Assembly (NCBI GenBank): GCA_049325535.1
Contig: JBMOKY010000001.1
Span: 621,942 to 685,941, forward strand
From: Patescibacteria group bacterium
GTDB lineage: Bacteria; Patescibacteriota; Patescibacteriia; UBA10025; JAHIVO01
Length of the DNA: 64,000 nt
Direction of reading: 5' to 3'
A program made the translations under genes and the position numbers. How positions within the stretch are numbered: position 1 is the first letter of the stretch; the number at the start of each line of letters is the position of its first letter. The notes beneath the pieces are model-generated. The model saw nothing but the letters and a program-made list of their open reading frames with translations. It had not been told where the DNA came from and searched no databases. Below are positions 28,288-36,999 of this stretch, piece by piece.

Positions 28288-28410
28288 CTACTTTTTGGGC
28301 AGCGGGGTGGGCTTGATCGCACCAGTCATCGGCAAGCCGATGTGGTTCAGGGGCCCCTGATAGACCATGATGGTCGTCTTCACCGGTTGATTGACGCGTC
28401 GCTTTGGCAT
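28288..28410 (-). CDS. unannotated small ORF (40 aa) MPKRRVNQPVKTTIMVYQGPLNHIGLPMTGAIKPTPLPKK
   Basis: Below the 60-aa track cutoff; perfect SD GGAGGG 5 nt upstream of the ATG; intrinsic terminator 30 nt after the stop codon. Confidence 0.45.
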   Translation of the reverse strand: MPKRRVNQPVKTTIMVYQGPLNHIGLPMTGAIKPTPLPKK

Positions 28411-28474
28411 GTGTCCCTCCTTCACGAAGAGCGTATTGACGCTGAACAAAGCAATCCTGACTTATAGTTTCAAT

Positions 28475-28972
28475 TCAGTCAACGTGAATGATCTGACAGC
28501 GGGACTGTCGACTGCCTATAGTTAGAATAAATGTATCACCCTGCAGTTTTCCGAGTAGCGCGCTTCCGATGGGAGAGGTATGAGAAATAATCCCGCGTCC
28601 GGGATCTGACTCGGATGAACCGAGAATGGTAAATATCTTTTGCTCACCGTCAATCGCAACGGCAACCCGGCTGCCGATCTGCACATGGCCATCCTCAGCG
28701 CGGGCGATGACGACCGCTGACCGAATCATATATTCCAGTTCATCGATTCGGGCGTTGATGCCGCGCAACCGCCCCTTGGCCAACTGATACTCCGCATTTT
28801 CAGAAAAATCCCCCAGCTCACCCAGCCGCTTTGTTTCAGCGATAGCCGCCGGCTGCCGTACCCGCCGCAGGGTATCAAGTTCACGCCGCAGGGCATCCAG
28901 TTTTACCTGGGTCATATGCGGATCAAACGGCATGGTGGTATAGCGGCCGGATTTGCGTTTTGGAATTTGCAT
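28475..28972 (-). CDS. greA: transcription elongation factor GreA; start may be internal (MPFDPHM... at about 28933)
   Basis: N-terminal coiled-coil with conserved acidic tip residues (GDFSENAEYQ) and C-terminal FKBP-like domain (ISHTSPIGSALLGKLQGDTF). Confidence 0.85.
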   Translation of the reverse strand: MQIPKRKSGRYTTMPFDPHMTQVKLDALRRELDTLRRVRQPAAIAETKRLGELGDFSENAEYQLAKGRLRGINARIDELEYMIRSAVVIARAEDGHVQIGSRVAVAIDGEQKIFTILGSSESDPGRGIISHTSPIGSALLGKLQGDTFILTIGSRQSRCQIIHVD

Positions 28973-28975
28973 GTC

Positions 28976-29215
28976 TCAATTAAAAAAATGCTGCCAGACA
29001 CTCTCACGGTATGTGGGGCACGGCAGACAATAGCTCGCCTCTTCGGGACACGGAACGCACTGCGCCGGTACCGAAAGATATGGAATACTCACTGCCGCTA
29101 TCACGATAGCGATAACTATTAACCACAGCCACCACCGTCTGACCGCGGGTGGCCGCTGGGGCGAGACATGCGATCCATTCATATTTTTAGAAATCATACC
29201 AATCAATCGGATCAA
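28976..29215 (-). CDS. hypothetical small membrane protein with Cys-Pro-rich tail
   Basis: 79 aa, one TM helix, C-terminal CVPCPEEASYCLPCP. Confidence 0.35.
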   Translation of the reverse strand: MIRLIGMISKNMNGSHVSPQRPPAVRRWWLWLIVIAIVIAAVSIPYLSVPAQCVPCPEEASYCLPCPTYRESVWQHFFN

Positions 29216-29681
29216 TATCAGTCACCTGCTCCGACCGGCCAACGCTCACCGCGATTGGCGCGTGTGACGGGCAATCATATTCCATGCCGCAGGTGACAAA
29301 TTTCGTATACAGTGCCTGGTAATCGCCCTCCTGATAACCAGTCAGCGCATTGAGCTCGGTCACCTCATGACTAAATACCGTATAGACCCCGGGCGGTACT
29401 GAGATATTATAGCCATACCCATTAGCATACTTGTCACTCTCAATCATTTCATAGGTACAGTACTGTTCTGACGCGTTCTGAGTTTGCGCACAGACGCCCA
29501 AAGCCGGAATAAAATCACTAGGATAGCTCAGTGACCCGGAAATCGAACCCCAATGTGCCTGTATGTCTGTCTGCTCCACTGCGTAGGTTTCTGCCGGAAC
29601 GTGGCGCAGCACCAACGCTCCAGCCCCCAGCATAATAACCAGGCACCCCACAATAGTGGAAATAGCGCCAATTTTTTTCAT
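29187..29681 (-). CDS. hypothetical secreted protein
   Basis: Signal peptide/anchor, four Cys, no recognised domain. Confidence 0.45.
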   Translation of the reverse strand: MKKIGAISTIVGCLVIMLGAGALVLRHVPAETYAVEQTDIQAHWGSISGSLSYPSDFIPALGVCAQTQNASEQYCTYEMIESDKYANGYGYNISVPPGVYTVFSHEVTELNALTGYQEGDYQALYTKFVTCGMEYDCPSHAPIAVSVGRSEQVTDIDPIDWYDF

Positions 29682-29684
29682 AAA

Positions 29685-31016
29685 TTAACTAATGCGAATA
29701 TATGACCAGCCTTTGATAAATTCCCGTACTGTGGTTATTTCTTTTTTATACGGATCCAAAACCTTGGCGTCCAGCAGCCGCGGGTCTACCCTGTCCAATT
29801 TGGTCGGCAAAATGCCGGGATTGCCTTCGGCGCCACCAGATAGTTGCTTCAGCTCCGTCACGATATCCTCCCATTCCATATTCGATATACCAGCCGGACG
29901 GATAAGGAGAGAAGTGTGATTGAGTAAATTGCTAAATTTCTCGCCGGTAATCGAGAGCATGGCTTCATGTTTTTGTCCTGGTTCATCCGGATTGTCTCCG
30001 AGATGCATTTCTGACGATAAATTCCGCTCCAGCCACTGCATCGAATCACCACAGCGTCCGTAATTATGCACATCAACAAAATCAGCACTATTGCCATTGA
30101 ACCCATGGTCCAGGATGGCCACGACGTGCTGCCACCAAAACTGCGGATTGAGCATGTTCGTCGAGGTTTCGATTGGACTCATCTGTTGATGAAACCAAGC
30201 GTCAACCTTCTCAGGGGCAAGCAATTCATCTATCTGCGCTTCGGTATAGCGGTAGCCGAGCCGCTGACGAATTCTCTCAATTTCATCTTGGCGATTTATG
30301 ATTTGCCGCGATAGCAATGCGCCGGTTGCAGGGTCAAACGTATAAGTGGTTTCTATCGGTCCTTCGACTTTTATGGTTTGCGATACTTCCCCGCCCTGCC
30401 GCACATCGATCTGACAGATGCAATCCGGAGGATTCCCACTAGCCGAAATGACGGTAGCGTTGTTCCGGCCTCGCAGATATTTTGCGCATACGTCTGTACA
30501 ATTCGCGCCACCGGTGCCGCTGGTACTCAGTGACGGCGCGACAGAATTATCCATATTCACATTCTGATTTACCGACTGATTGACATTCGCTGATGTGTTA
30601 GTGGACGGGGTGGAAGCGGAATTGACATCCCTATTTGTCACCGATGTGGTATTTGTATTTACCGTGGCGGATGGCGTGTCACCCGGGCAATCTTCATCTA
30701 TGTGAACACAGGCATAGAGACATCCGGGACACGCGGAATAATCGTTGCCATAGTAGCAGGCCTTATTCGGGTCAGCTGGATTTTCATTGATACTTCCCGC
30801 TGATCCACAGATGCATCGACTGGTATACGAGTAGTGAGCATCGGGGACTAAACCACAGTTTATCTGCACACAGCCGACGCCGCTGGATGGCTGAAATTCA
30901 TATCCTGTCGGACAGTCGTCAATCGCTGCAGCAGCAGGTATAGCGACGATGAGCATGATCAGCATGCCCAGACAACCGCCCACCCAAACCAATGATGAAT
31001 ATTTCATTGTTACCAT
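29685..31016 (-). CDS. hypothetical secreted Cys-rich protein
   Basis: 443 aa; signal peptide, N-terminal Cys-rich module (CPTGYEF...CVQINCG...CICG...CPGCLYAC), S/T/N-rich linker, C-terminal globular domain of unknown family. Confidence 0.55.
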   Translation of the reverse strand: MVTMKYSSLVWVGGCLGMLIMLIVAIPAAAAIDDCPTGYEFQPSSGVGCVQINCGLVPDAHYSYTSRCICGSAGSINENPADPNKACYYGNDYSACPGCLYACVHIDEDCPGDTPSATVNTNTTSVTNRDVNSASTPSTNTSANVNQSVNQNVNMDNSVAPSLSTSGTGGANCTDVCAKYLRGRNNATVISASGNPPDCICQIDVRQGGEVSQTIKVEGPIETTYTFDPATGALLSRQIINRQDEIERIRQRLGYRYTEAQIDELLAPEKVDAWFHQQMSPIETSTNMLNPQFWWQHVVAILDHGFNGNSADFVDVHNYGRCGDSMQWLERNLSSEMHLGDNPDEPGQKHEAMLSITGEKFSNLLNHTSLLIRPAGISNMEWEDIVTELKQLSGGAEGNPGILPTKLDRVDPRLLDAKVLDPYKKEITTVREFIKGWSYIRIS

Positions 31017-31069
31017 ATCCTGTCTCTAGTACCAATGGTAGCGCAGTCATTCAGGTTTCGCAACTAGTA

Positions 31070-31098
31070 TTGACGGCATCGAACGACTGCTCTATACT
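31070..31098 (+). promoter_or_regulatory. sigma-70-like promoter (TTGACG-17nt-TATACT)
   Basis: Near-consensus -35 and -10 hexamers with a 17-nt spacer, read directly; no plus-strand gene upstream. Confidence 0.45.
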
Positions 31099-31215
31099 CA
31101 CTGGTGCTATGACACGTATCCGCTCCATAGTCCAAAACCCGCCAAAAAACGAGGCTCCTCATACCCTCGTGGCTGGTGCTATGTAGCGATTTGACCGCAT
31201 AACCAGTACCCAATT

Positions 31216-31240
31216 CCGGCCATGCATGGGCCGGTTTTTT
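31216..31240 (+). terminator. intrinsic terminator inside a 5' leader (attenuator/riboswitch-like or sRNA 3' end)
   Basis: CCGGCCATGCATGGGCCGG hairpin followed by TTTTTT, about 45 nt upstream of the ATG at 31287. Confidence 0.55.
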
Positions 31241-31286
31241 GGTATATGCAAAAATTGTTCATTCCTATATCCATGGAGGTTGTCCA

Positions 31287-31514
31287 ATGAAACCCGAACA
31301 CCTGGTCACCGCGACCGTCGAAGAACTCTTCGACCAGTTCATGCTTCCCGGGCACATCACGTCTGTTGAGGAAGAAACTATGCTTCTCAGCGAACTCTTG
31401 TTCCGGAAACTGACCATCGGCCAGCGCGTCGCCATCCGCCGTAAGATGACTGAGCGCAGGCGCCTGTACAATTACCAATGCATCATGGCACTGGTACATG
31501 ATCAGCTGAGCTGA
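31287..31514 (+). CDS. hypothetical small protein (75 aa)
   Basis: SD GGAGG 7 nt upstream of the ATG at 31287; strong terminator right after the stop codon. Confidence 0.5.
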   Translation: MKPEHLVTATVEELFDQFMLPGHITSVEEETMLLSELLFRKLTIGQRVAIRRKMTERRRLYNYQCIMALVHDQLS

Positions 31515-31535
31515 TATGCAGGATGAGAGGGATAA

Positions 31536-31567
31536 ACGGCTGTGTTTTCTGCACAGCCGTTTTTTTC
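31536..31567 (+). terminator. rho-independent terminator
   Basis: ACGGCTGTG-TTTTCT-CACAGCCGT hairpin followed by TTTTTTT. Confidence 0.65.
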
Positions 31568-31750
31568 TATAAAAAAATTCGGCGGCTAAACACATACCGA
31601 ACACCGGCAGAAAAGTCTTTATGGCACGTGGAACAGCTCATATCGTCCATCCTGCCTCAACGCTCCTTTTTGACAGATACCATGATGAATGGTACAGTGC
31701 AACAATTTAAAAGAGATCATTACATCATATAACCATACAGGAGACACGCC

Positions 31751-32422
31751 ATGGCTGGCTCATTTTCCCGTTTTTTACACAGGGTCAGGAACATTAGTTT
31801 CCTTCCTCGAAACCAGCGTTTCTTCGCTATCTACCAAGCGCAAGTGGATGAAATCCATTTCGCGGCAACCCAGCTCAGCGCGCTGGCGAACAATTCCCAC
31901 CATGCGGTCAAACGCGGCGAACTGCACCGTGAAATCAAGCAGTCTGAATCGCGCGGCGACCAGCAGGTTCGCGACCTATCGCGACTGATCAACGATGCTA
32001 TCACCACACCTTTCTCCCGGGACGCAATCATGCAATTCGGCCAAATCCTCGATGACATCCTTGATGGCATCGAAAGTGCGGCTGATACGCTAGTCAATTT
32101 CGAAGTGCACAATCCGCCCGACGATGTGCGTAAAATGGTCGAGCTGATTGCTCAGGCGGCTGATTGTTTCCGTAATTCTATCGGATACTTCAGCCGATTC
32201 GAAAACCCTATCGAAATCTACGAGGTCATCCGGGAGATCGAGCATGCGGCCGACGAGATCAATAAACTGGGCATCGCGCGAGTGTATCTCAATGCGACTT
32301 CAGTCGATGATCTGATCGCCGCTCAGGCTTTTTCACGGGTCATTGCCCGACTCGAAGACACCGCGGACAAATTCCGTCACGCGGCGGATACCATGAAAGG
32401 AGTGATAGCAAAACGTGTATGA
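31751..32422 (+). CDS. DUF47 (PhoU-like) protein associated with the PiT phosphate transporter
   Basis: All-helical, about 220 aa, immediately upstream of and overlapping the PiT gene, as in known pit-associated DUF47 (TIGR00153-type) genes. Confidence 0.7.
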   Translation: MAGSFSRFLHRVRNISFLPRNQRFFAIYQAQVDEIHFAATQLSALANNSHHAVKRGELHREIKQSESRGDQQVRDLSRLINDAITTPFSRDAIMQFGQILDDILDGIESAADTLVNFEVHNPPDDVRKMVELIAQAADCFRNSIGYFSRFENPIEIYEVIREIEHAADEINKLGIARVYLNATSVDDLIAAQAFSRVIARLEDTADKFRHAADTMKGVIAKRV

Positions 32423-33410
32423 CATACTGTTCCTGATATTCGTGATCATCGCCGCGCTTGCCTATGACTTTGTCAATGGGTTCCATGACGCGGCAAACGC
32501 CATCGCTACCAGCATCGCCAGTAACGCGCTGCAGCCGCGAGCGGCTATCCTGCTCGCCACCACCTTCAACTTCATCGGGGCACTGTCCCATACGGCCGTC
32601 GCTTACACGATCGGCAAAGGCGTCGTCGACTCCAGTGTCATCACCCAGGAGATGCTGGCCGCGGCACTAGTGGCGGCTATCGCCTGGAATCTTGTCACGT
32701 GGAAATGGGGACTCCCCTCTTCGTCGACACATGCCCTGATCGGCGGCTTGATCGGCGCGGCGGTGGTAGGCACGCATTTCGATTGGTCAATCCTGATGCT
32801 GCCGAGCATAAAAAAAATCATGCTCGCCATGATTTTCGCACCGATTGCCGCCTTTATTCTGGCTCTGCTCGTGATCACCGTGATTACATGGACACTGCAC
32901 CGCATGCAGCTCCGACATCGCCAGGTGAATAAACGGGTTAAATCGCTGCAGATCCTATCTGCGGCCTGGATGTCATTTTCCCACGGGATGAATGACGCCC
33001 AAAATGCCATGGGCATCATCACCATCTCGTTGCTGACCTACGGCGTCATTCACCAATTTGAAGTCCCGATGCCAATCCGCATTCTCTGCGCGGCCTCGAT
33101 GGGTGCCGGTACGTTGTTTGGGGGTTGGAGAATCATCCGGACGATAACCGATGAACTGTCAGGAGATGAGCCAATGCCGGTAGATGGTTTTTCCGCGCAA
33201 ACCTCGGCTGGTGGGGTTATCTTCCTCCTCTCACTCTGGGGTGTTCCGATCAGCACTTCCCATGCCATTTCCAGCTGCGTGATGGGTACGACGGCGGCTA
33301 AGCGATTTGGGCTGGTCAATTGGAAAATCGGCGGTAACATGCTCGTCGCCTGGCTGATCACCATCCCGGCGACGGTAATACTGGCCGGACTCCTGACCTA
33401 TGTATTCTAA
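32415..33410 (+). CDS. pit: inorganic phosphate transporter, PiT family
   Basis: N-terminal GFHDAANAIATSI and internal SHGMNDAQNAMG PiT signature repeats; multi-TM. Confidence 0.9.
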   Translation: MYDILFLIFVIIAALAYDFVNGFHDAANAIATSIASNALQPRAAILLATTFNFIGALSHTAVAYTIGKGVVDSSVITQEMLAAALVAAIAWNLVTWKWGLPSSSTHALIGGLIGAAVVGTHFDWSILMLPSIKKIMLAMIFAPIAAFILALLVITVITWTLHRMQLRHRQVNKRVKSLQILSAAWMSFSHGMNDAQNAMGIITISLLTYGVIHQFEVPMPIRILCAASMGAGTLFGGWRIIRTITDELSGDEPMPVDGFSAQTSAGGVIFLLSLWGVPISTSHAISSCVMGTTAAKRFGLVNWKIGGNMLVAWLITIPATVILAGLLTYVF

Positions 33411-33433
33411 CATCGACCTTTTCACACAACATC

Positions 33434-33470
33434 AAACAGCGGCTCGGCTCCCCGAATCGCTGTTTTTTTT
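33434..33470 (+). terminator. rho-independent terminator after pit
   Basis: AAACAGCG-N16-CGCTGTTT hairpin followed by TTTTTTTT. Confidence 0.6.
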
Positions 33471-33484
33471 ATTTATACGTACCA

Positions 33485-34285
33485 CTATCGGCTGTGGAAC
33501 GCCCGATATAGCGCAATCGCTGCCGCTAAGGCGACATTCAGCGATTCCACTGACCCGCCTGCCATTTCTATAGCGACAGAAGTGGATAGATATCGGTACA
33601 CCTCGGGGCTGATACCACGCGCTTCATTTCCCAGCACCAGACAAAAAGGATGCTGCCACTCAACCTCCTGTAACGGAGTAGCGCCATTGACCGCCAGACC
33701 ATACATTGGCATTTTTTTTCGTACGTCAGCGAGGGCAGCCGAGGAAACGCGACTGAGACTGAGAATAAATATCGACTCCTTAGCCGCGGCAACCGTCTTT
33801 GGATTATAAAAATCGGCGGTGTCCATATCAGCCATGATCGACCGGACGCCAAATGCCGCGGAGGTTCTGAGGATAGTGCCGACGTTTCCCGGATCACCGA
33901 CTCCGTCCAGATAGACTATCGGGGCGTCCAGACTGGCGGGAATGGACTGAATGCGGCACACCGCGATCATTCCCTGCGTATGTTCGGTGAGGCATACCTT
34001 TTGCAGCAGCGCATCGCTCACTCGAACGACGACTTCTGGTTTGAGCGGCGTGGCGATGGCGGAAAATAATTCCCGCTCTCGGGAGGCAAATGAATCACCG
34101 ACTAATAGTGATTTTATCTGCGCGCCGTGATGCAGTCCGTCACGAACCGTCAGTGGATTATCCACCACAAATAAACCGAGCTGATCGCGATATTTTTTCT
34201 GCTGGAGTTTATGTACCAGCATGACTGCGGGATTGTGAATACTGGTGATGAGAGTCATAGTACGAAAAGCTTGTGCCGGATACAA
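33485..34285 (-). CDS. TrmH/SpoU-family RNA 2'-O-methyltransferase (RlmB-like)
   Basis: SPOUT motifs (GNVGTILRTSAAFG, LVLGNEARGIS, SLNVALAAAIALY). Confidence 0.8.
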   Translation of the reverse strand: MYPAQAFRTMTLITSIHNPAVMLVHKLQQKKYRDQLGLFVVDNPLTVRDGLHHGAQIKSLLVGDSFASRERELFSAIATPLKPEVVVRVSDALLQKVCLTEHTQGMIAVCRIQSIPASLDAPIVYLDGVGDPGNVGTILRTSAAFGVRSIMADMDTADFYNPKTVAAAKESIFILSLSRVSSAALADVRKKMPMYGLAVNGATPLQEVEWQHPFCLVLGNEARGISPEVYRYLSTSVAIEMAGGSVESLNVALAAAIALYRAFHSR

Positions 34286-34821
34286 TCAATTAATTCAGGA
34301 AACTCACGTACCGGGCGGTCAGCTGAACCAAAATGGCCCCGGTCGTCATATTCATAGTACTCCGTCCGCAGCTGTTCGTGAATGTGACGCGCCTCGGCGA
34401 TGGGGATAAACGGATCGTCAATGGAGGCAAATTCGATTATCCAGCGCTGGTTTCGCCGAATCCGCTCCCATTGCCATGGGCGATCATAGTACCCACTTAC
34501 TTTTTCGCTCTGCCACCCCAGGTCGGTGTAACAAGCACCGACCAAAACCGAGCCGAGCAATTGGTGCGTTTCCGCGTAGCGCATAGCAGCCACCGCTCCT
34601 GACGAATGGCCGATGATGATCGTGTCTTCAGCCGCACCAAGCACTTCCATATATGGTAACCACACCGACGCTTTTGCTTCAATCGGGTCGGGGAAATCCG
34701 GAGCGAGAACCGGGCAACCCATATGGGTGAGCTGTTCAGCCGCCCAGGGAAACCAATGGTCGCGGCCGGTGCCACCACCATTTCCATGAATCATGAGCAC
34801 GCGCACATCCATGGCCGTCAA
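34255..34821 (-). CDS. alpha/beta serine hydrolase (RBBP9/YdeN-like)
   Basis: LMIHGNGGG...IIGHSSG nucleophile elbow, about 188 aa. Confidence 0.65.
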   Translation of the reverse strand: MTAMDVRVLMIHGNGGGTGRDHWFPWAAEQLTHMGCPVLAPDFPDPIEAKASVWLPYMEVLGAAEDTIIIGHSSGAVAAMRYAETHQLLGSVLVGACYTDLGWQSEKVSGYYDRPWQWERIRRNQRWIIEFASIDDPFIPIAEARHIHEQLRTEYYEYDDRGHFGSADRPVREFPELIDCIRHKLFVL

Positions 34822-36182
34822 ACAAGTTTTACAAACGCGCGCTGTACCACCTCGCTCATAGCCGGATGAATATGGACGCTATCGGTGATAGCCGCGACGC
34901 TTCCACCGGCGCGCATAGCCACTACTACTTCGTGAATCAGGGTCGATGCCTCAGGTCCGATGATGTGACAGCCGAGAATCAGCTGTTTTTTTTCATCAGC
35001 CAGCACTTTCACGAATCCATCCCGCTCCTGATACGCCTCACCCATGGCTGTGGAACTATAGTCAGCCCGACCGACCGTGTACGGTCGGCCTGATTGCCGC
35101 AATTCAGTTTCCGTCGCTCCCACGCCAGCTACCTGCGGATGGGAAAATACCGCGTGCGGCATGACGGCCATGTCTACGGCTATGTGCTGGTCAGTAAACA
35201 TATTTTGGATTGCGTACCGTGCTTGCCAATTCGCACTATGGCGAAACATATGACCGCCGATGACATCGCCGATGGCAAATACACCCGGGACGGATGTTTC
35301 CAGATACTCATTTACCTTGATAAATCCCCGTTCGTCTATGTCGATATCTCCGGCCCGAACCGTGGTCGTGTCAGCATTCGGCGTCACACCCGTGGCGACC
35401 AGCAGTTGGTCAGCACCGATCTCCCGTTTTCCTGTCGGGCCCTGAACGGTAACGGTGAACTGGCCGGCGGTATATTCAACCTTTGTCGCTGTATGCTTGA
35501 GTAATACCGTCTGGCTCCGGGAAAAGACATCGGTAAATACCCGTGCGACATCTTCGTCTTCCCGGTCAATCAAACGGTCACTTGCCTGCACCACGGTCAC
35601 GCGAGTACCCAATGCACTGAAAAAACCACCGAGCTCCACGCCGATATACCCTCCGCCGATGACGACGAGCTCCCGAGGTAATGTGCGTAGCCGCAGCGCT
35701 TCAGTACTAGTGAGATATGGGGTTCCGGCCAGTCCGTCGATCGATGGGATAAACGGACGCGCGCCGACAGCGATAAGTATTTTTTCCGCCGTAATATGCT
35801 CTCCATGTATCTGCAGGGTTTTTTTTCCGACAAATTCTGCATGGCCCTGATACAGTGTAATATTCGGATTACGTTTGGTGCCGCTTTCCATTTTTTGGGC
35901 ATGACTGTCGGTGTAGCCGGTCACGCGCTTCACCAAGCCCGCAAAATCAGTGCCGTCAAACGATGCCTGGAGATTAAAAATCCCCGCCTGCCGGATGGCA
36001 CGCGCGATATCAGCCGTATGCACGTATATTTTCGACGGGATGCACCCCCGGTTGAGGCAAGTTCCGCCAAGCGGGCCGTCCTCGATCAGGGCGACGCGCA
36101 TGCCTCGCTGAGCCGCAAACGACGAAATCTTTGCACCAGCGCCCGAGCCGATGACGATCACGTCAAATTGTTTTTCATTCAT
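34818..36182 (-). CDS. FAD-dependent pyridine nucleotide-disulfide oxidoreductase (dihydrolipoyl dehydrogenase / glutathione-reductase family)
   Basis: FAD-binding GSGAGA, redox-active GGTCLNRGCIPSK, NAD-binding GGGYIG, C-terminal interface domain with the HxxxxE pair. Confidence 0.8.
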   Translation of the reverse strand: MNEKQFDVIVIGSGAGAKISSFAAQRGMRVALIEDGPLGGTCLNRGCIPSKIYVHTADIARAIRQAGIFNLQASFDGTDFAGLVKRVTGYTDSHAQKMESGTKRNPNITLYQGHAEFVGKKTLQIHGEHITAEKILIAVGARPFIPSIDGLAGTPYLTSTEALRLRTLPRELVVIGGGYIGVELGGFFSALGTRVTVVQASDRLIDREDEDVARVFTDVFSRSQTVLLKHTATKVEYTAGQFTVTVQGPTGKREIGADQLLVATGVTPNADTTTVRAGDIDIDERGFIKVNEYLETSVPGVFAIGDVIGGHMFRHSANWQARYAIQNMFTDQHIAVDMAVMPHAVFSHPQVAGVGATETELRQSGRPYTVGRADYSSTAMGEAYQERDGFVKVLADEKKQLILGCHIIGPEASTLIHEVVVAMRAGGSVAAITDSVHIHPAMSEVVQRAFVKLV

Positions 36183-36898
36183 ATGGTTCCGGATAAATAC
36201 TGCTGACGACGGTGCTCGGGAAACTTTTCGATGGCGTAGCGCAACATGGTTCGCGGCATAGCTTGGTAGTTCTTTTTGAGAAACCGCTCCTCGATGCTGC
36301 GATTACGGTTACCGACTTCCCGGAGCATCCAGCCGACCGCTTTATGCATCAGGTCATGCTGATCGCGGAGTAACAGTGTAGCAAGTTTCAGCGTATCCGT
36401 AAAATCACCCTGACGGATGAAGGTATAGGTGGCCAAGATGGCGATCCGCCGGTCCCAGAGGTTTTTCGAACGCGCCAACCGGTACAGTATAGCACGGGGG
36501 CGGTCGAGCAGATATGCGCCGATAATGTTCGGCGCGGTCGTATCCACTAGATCCCAATTATTAATAGAACGCCGATGGCGAAGGTACATACGATTAATTT
36601 TTTTCTTCTGAGTGGCGTCGCCTCGCTCATACTGCTGAATCATGATGTACAGTGACACCATCCGATATTCATGAATCGGGCTCACCAGCAAACGTACGGC
36701 ATCCGAAAGCGGCAGACCCCGGTAGCGCTTGGCGATCGACCGGAGTACAGGAACCCTGATGCCGATAAACTGATCACCCGCTCCATAGTCTCCTTTCCCG
36801 GTTTTGAAAAACCATCGGGCGATTTTTGCCTGAGCCGGACTCGACGCGCCGCGTAATTCATGGCGCAGGGCGGCTAGTGATGATTTGAGCGTTGGCAT
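36179..36898 (-). CDS. DNA alkylation repair protein (AlkD/AlkC-like HEAT-repeat glycosylase)
   Basis: All-helical HEAT-like repeats; family pattern (FFKTGKGDYGAGDQFIGIRVP, WDLVD, MLRYAIEKF). Confidence 0.7.
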   Translation of the reverse strand: MPTLKSSLAALRHELRGASSPAQAKIARWFFKTGKGDYGAGDQFIGIRVPVLRSIAKRYRGLPLSDAVRLLVSPIHEYRMVSLYIMIQQYERGDATQKKKINRMYLRHRRSINNWDLVDTTAPNIIGAYLLDRPRAILYRLARSKNLWDRRIAILATYTFIRQGDFTDTLKLATLLLRDQHDLMHKAVGWMLREVGNRNRSIEERFLKKNYQAMPRTMLRYAIEKFPEHRRQQYLSGTI

Positions 36899-36999
36899 AC
36901 CACTGGGAATGATATCAGAGAATTACAGACTGGACAAAATCGTTAAAATACGCTATAATACATATAGAAAATGAAAAACAAAAACTAACACCAGCACGA

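Noticed and set aside
28213-28467. 84-aa plus-strand ORF with GTG start between cupin and greA
   Set aside because: Opposite strand of the better-supported 40-aa minus-strand ORF, which has an SD and terminator; no SD of its own; Arg/Gly-rich low-complexity translation.
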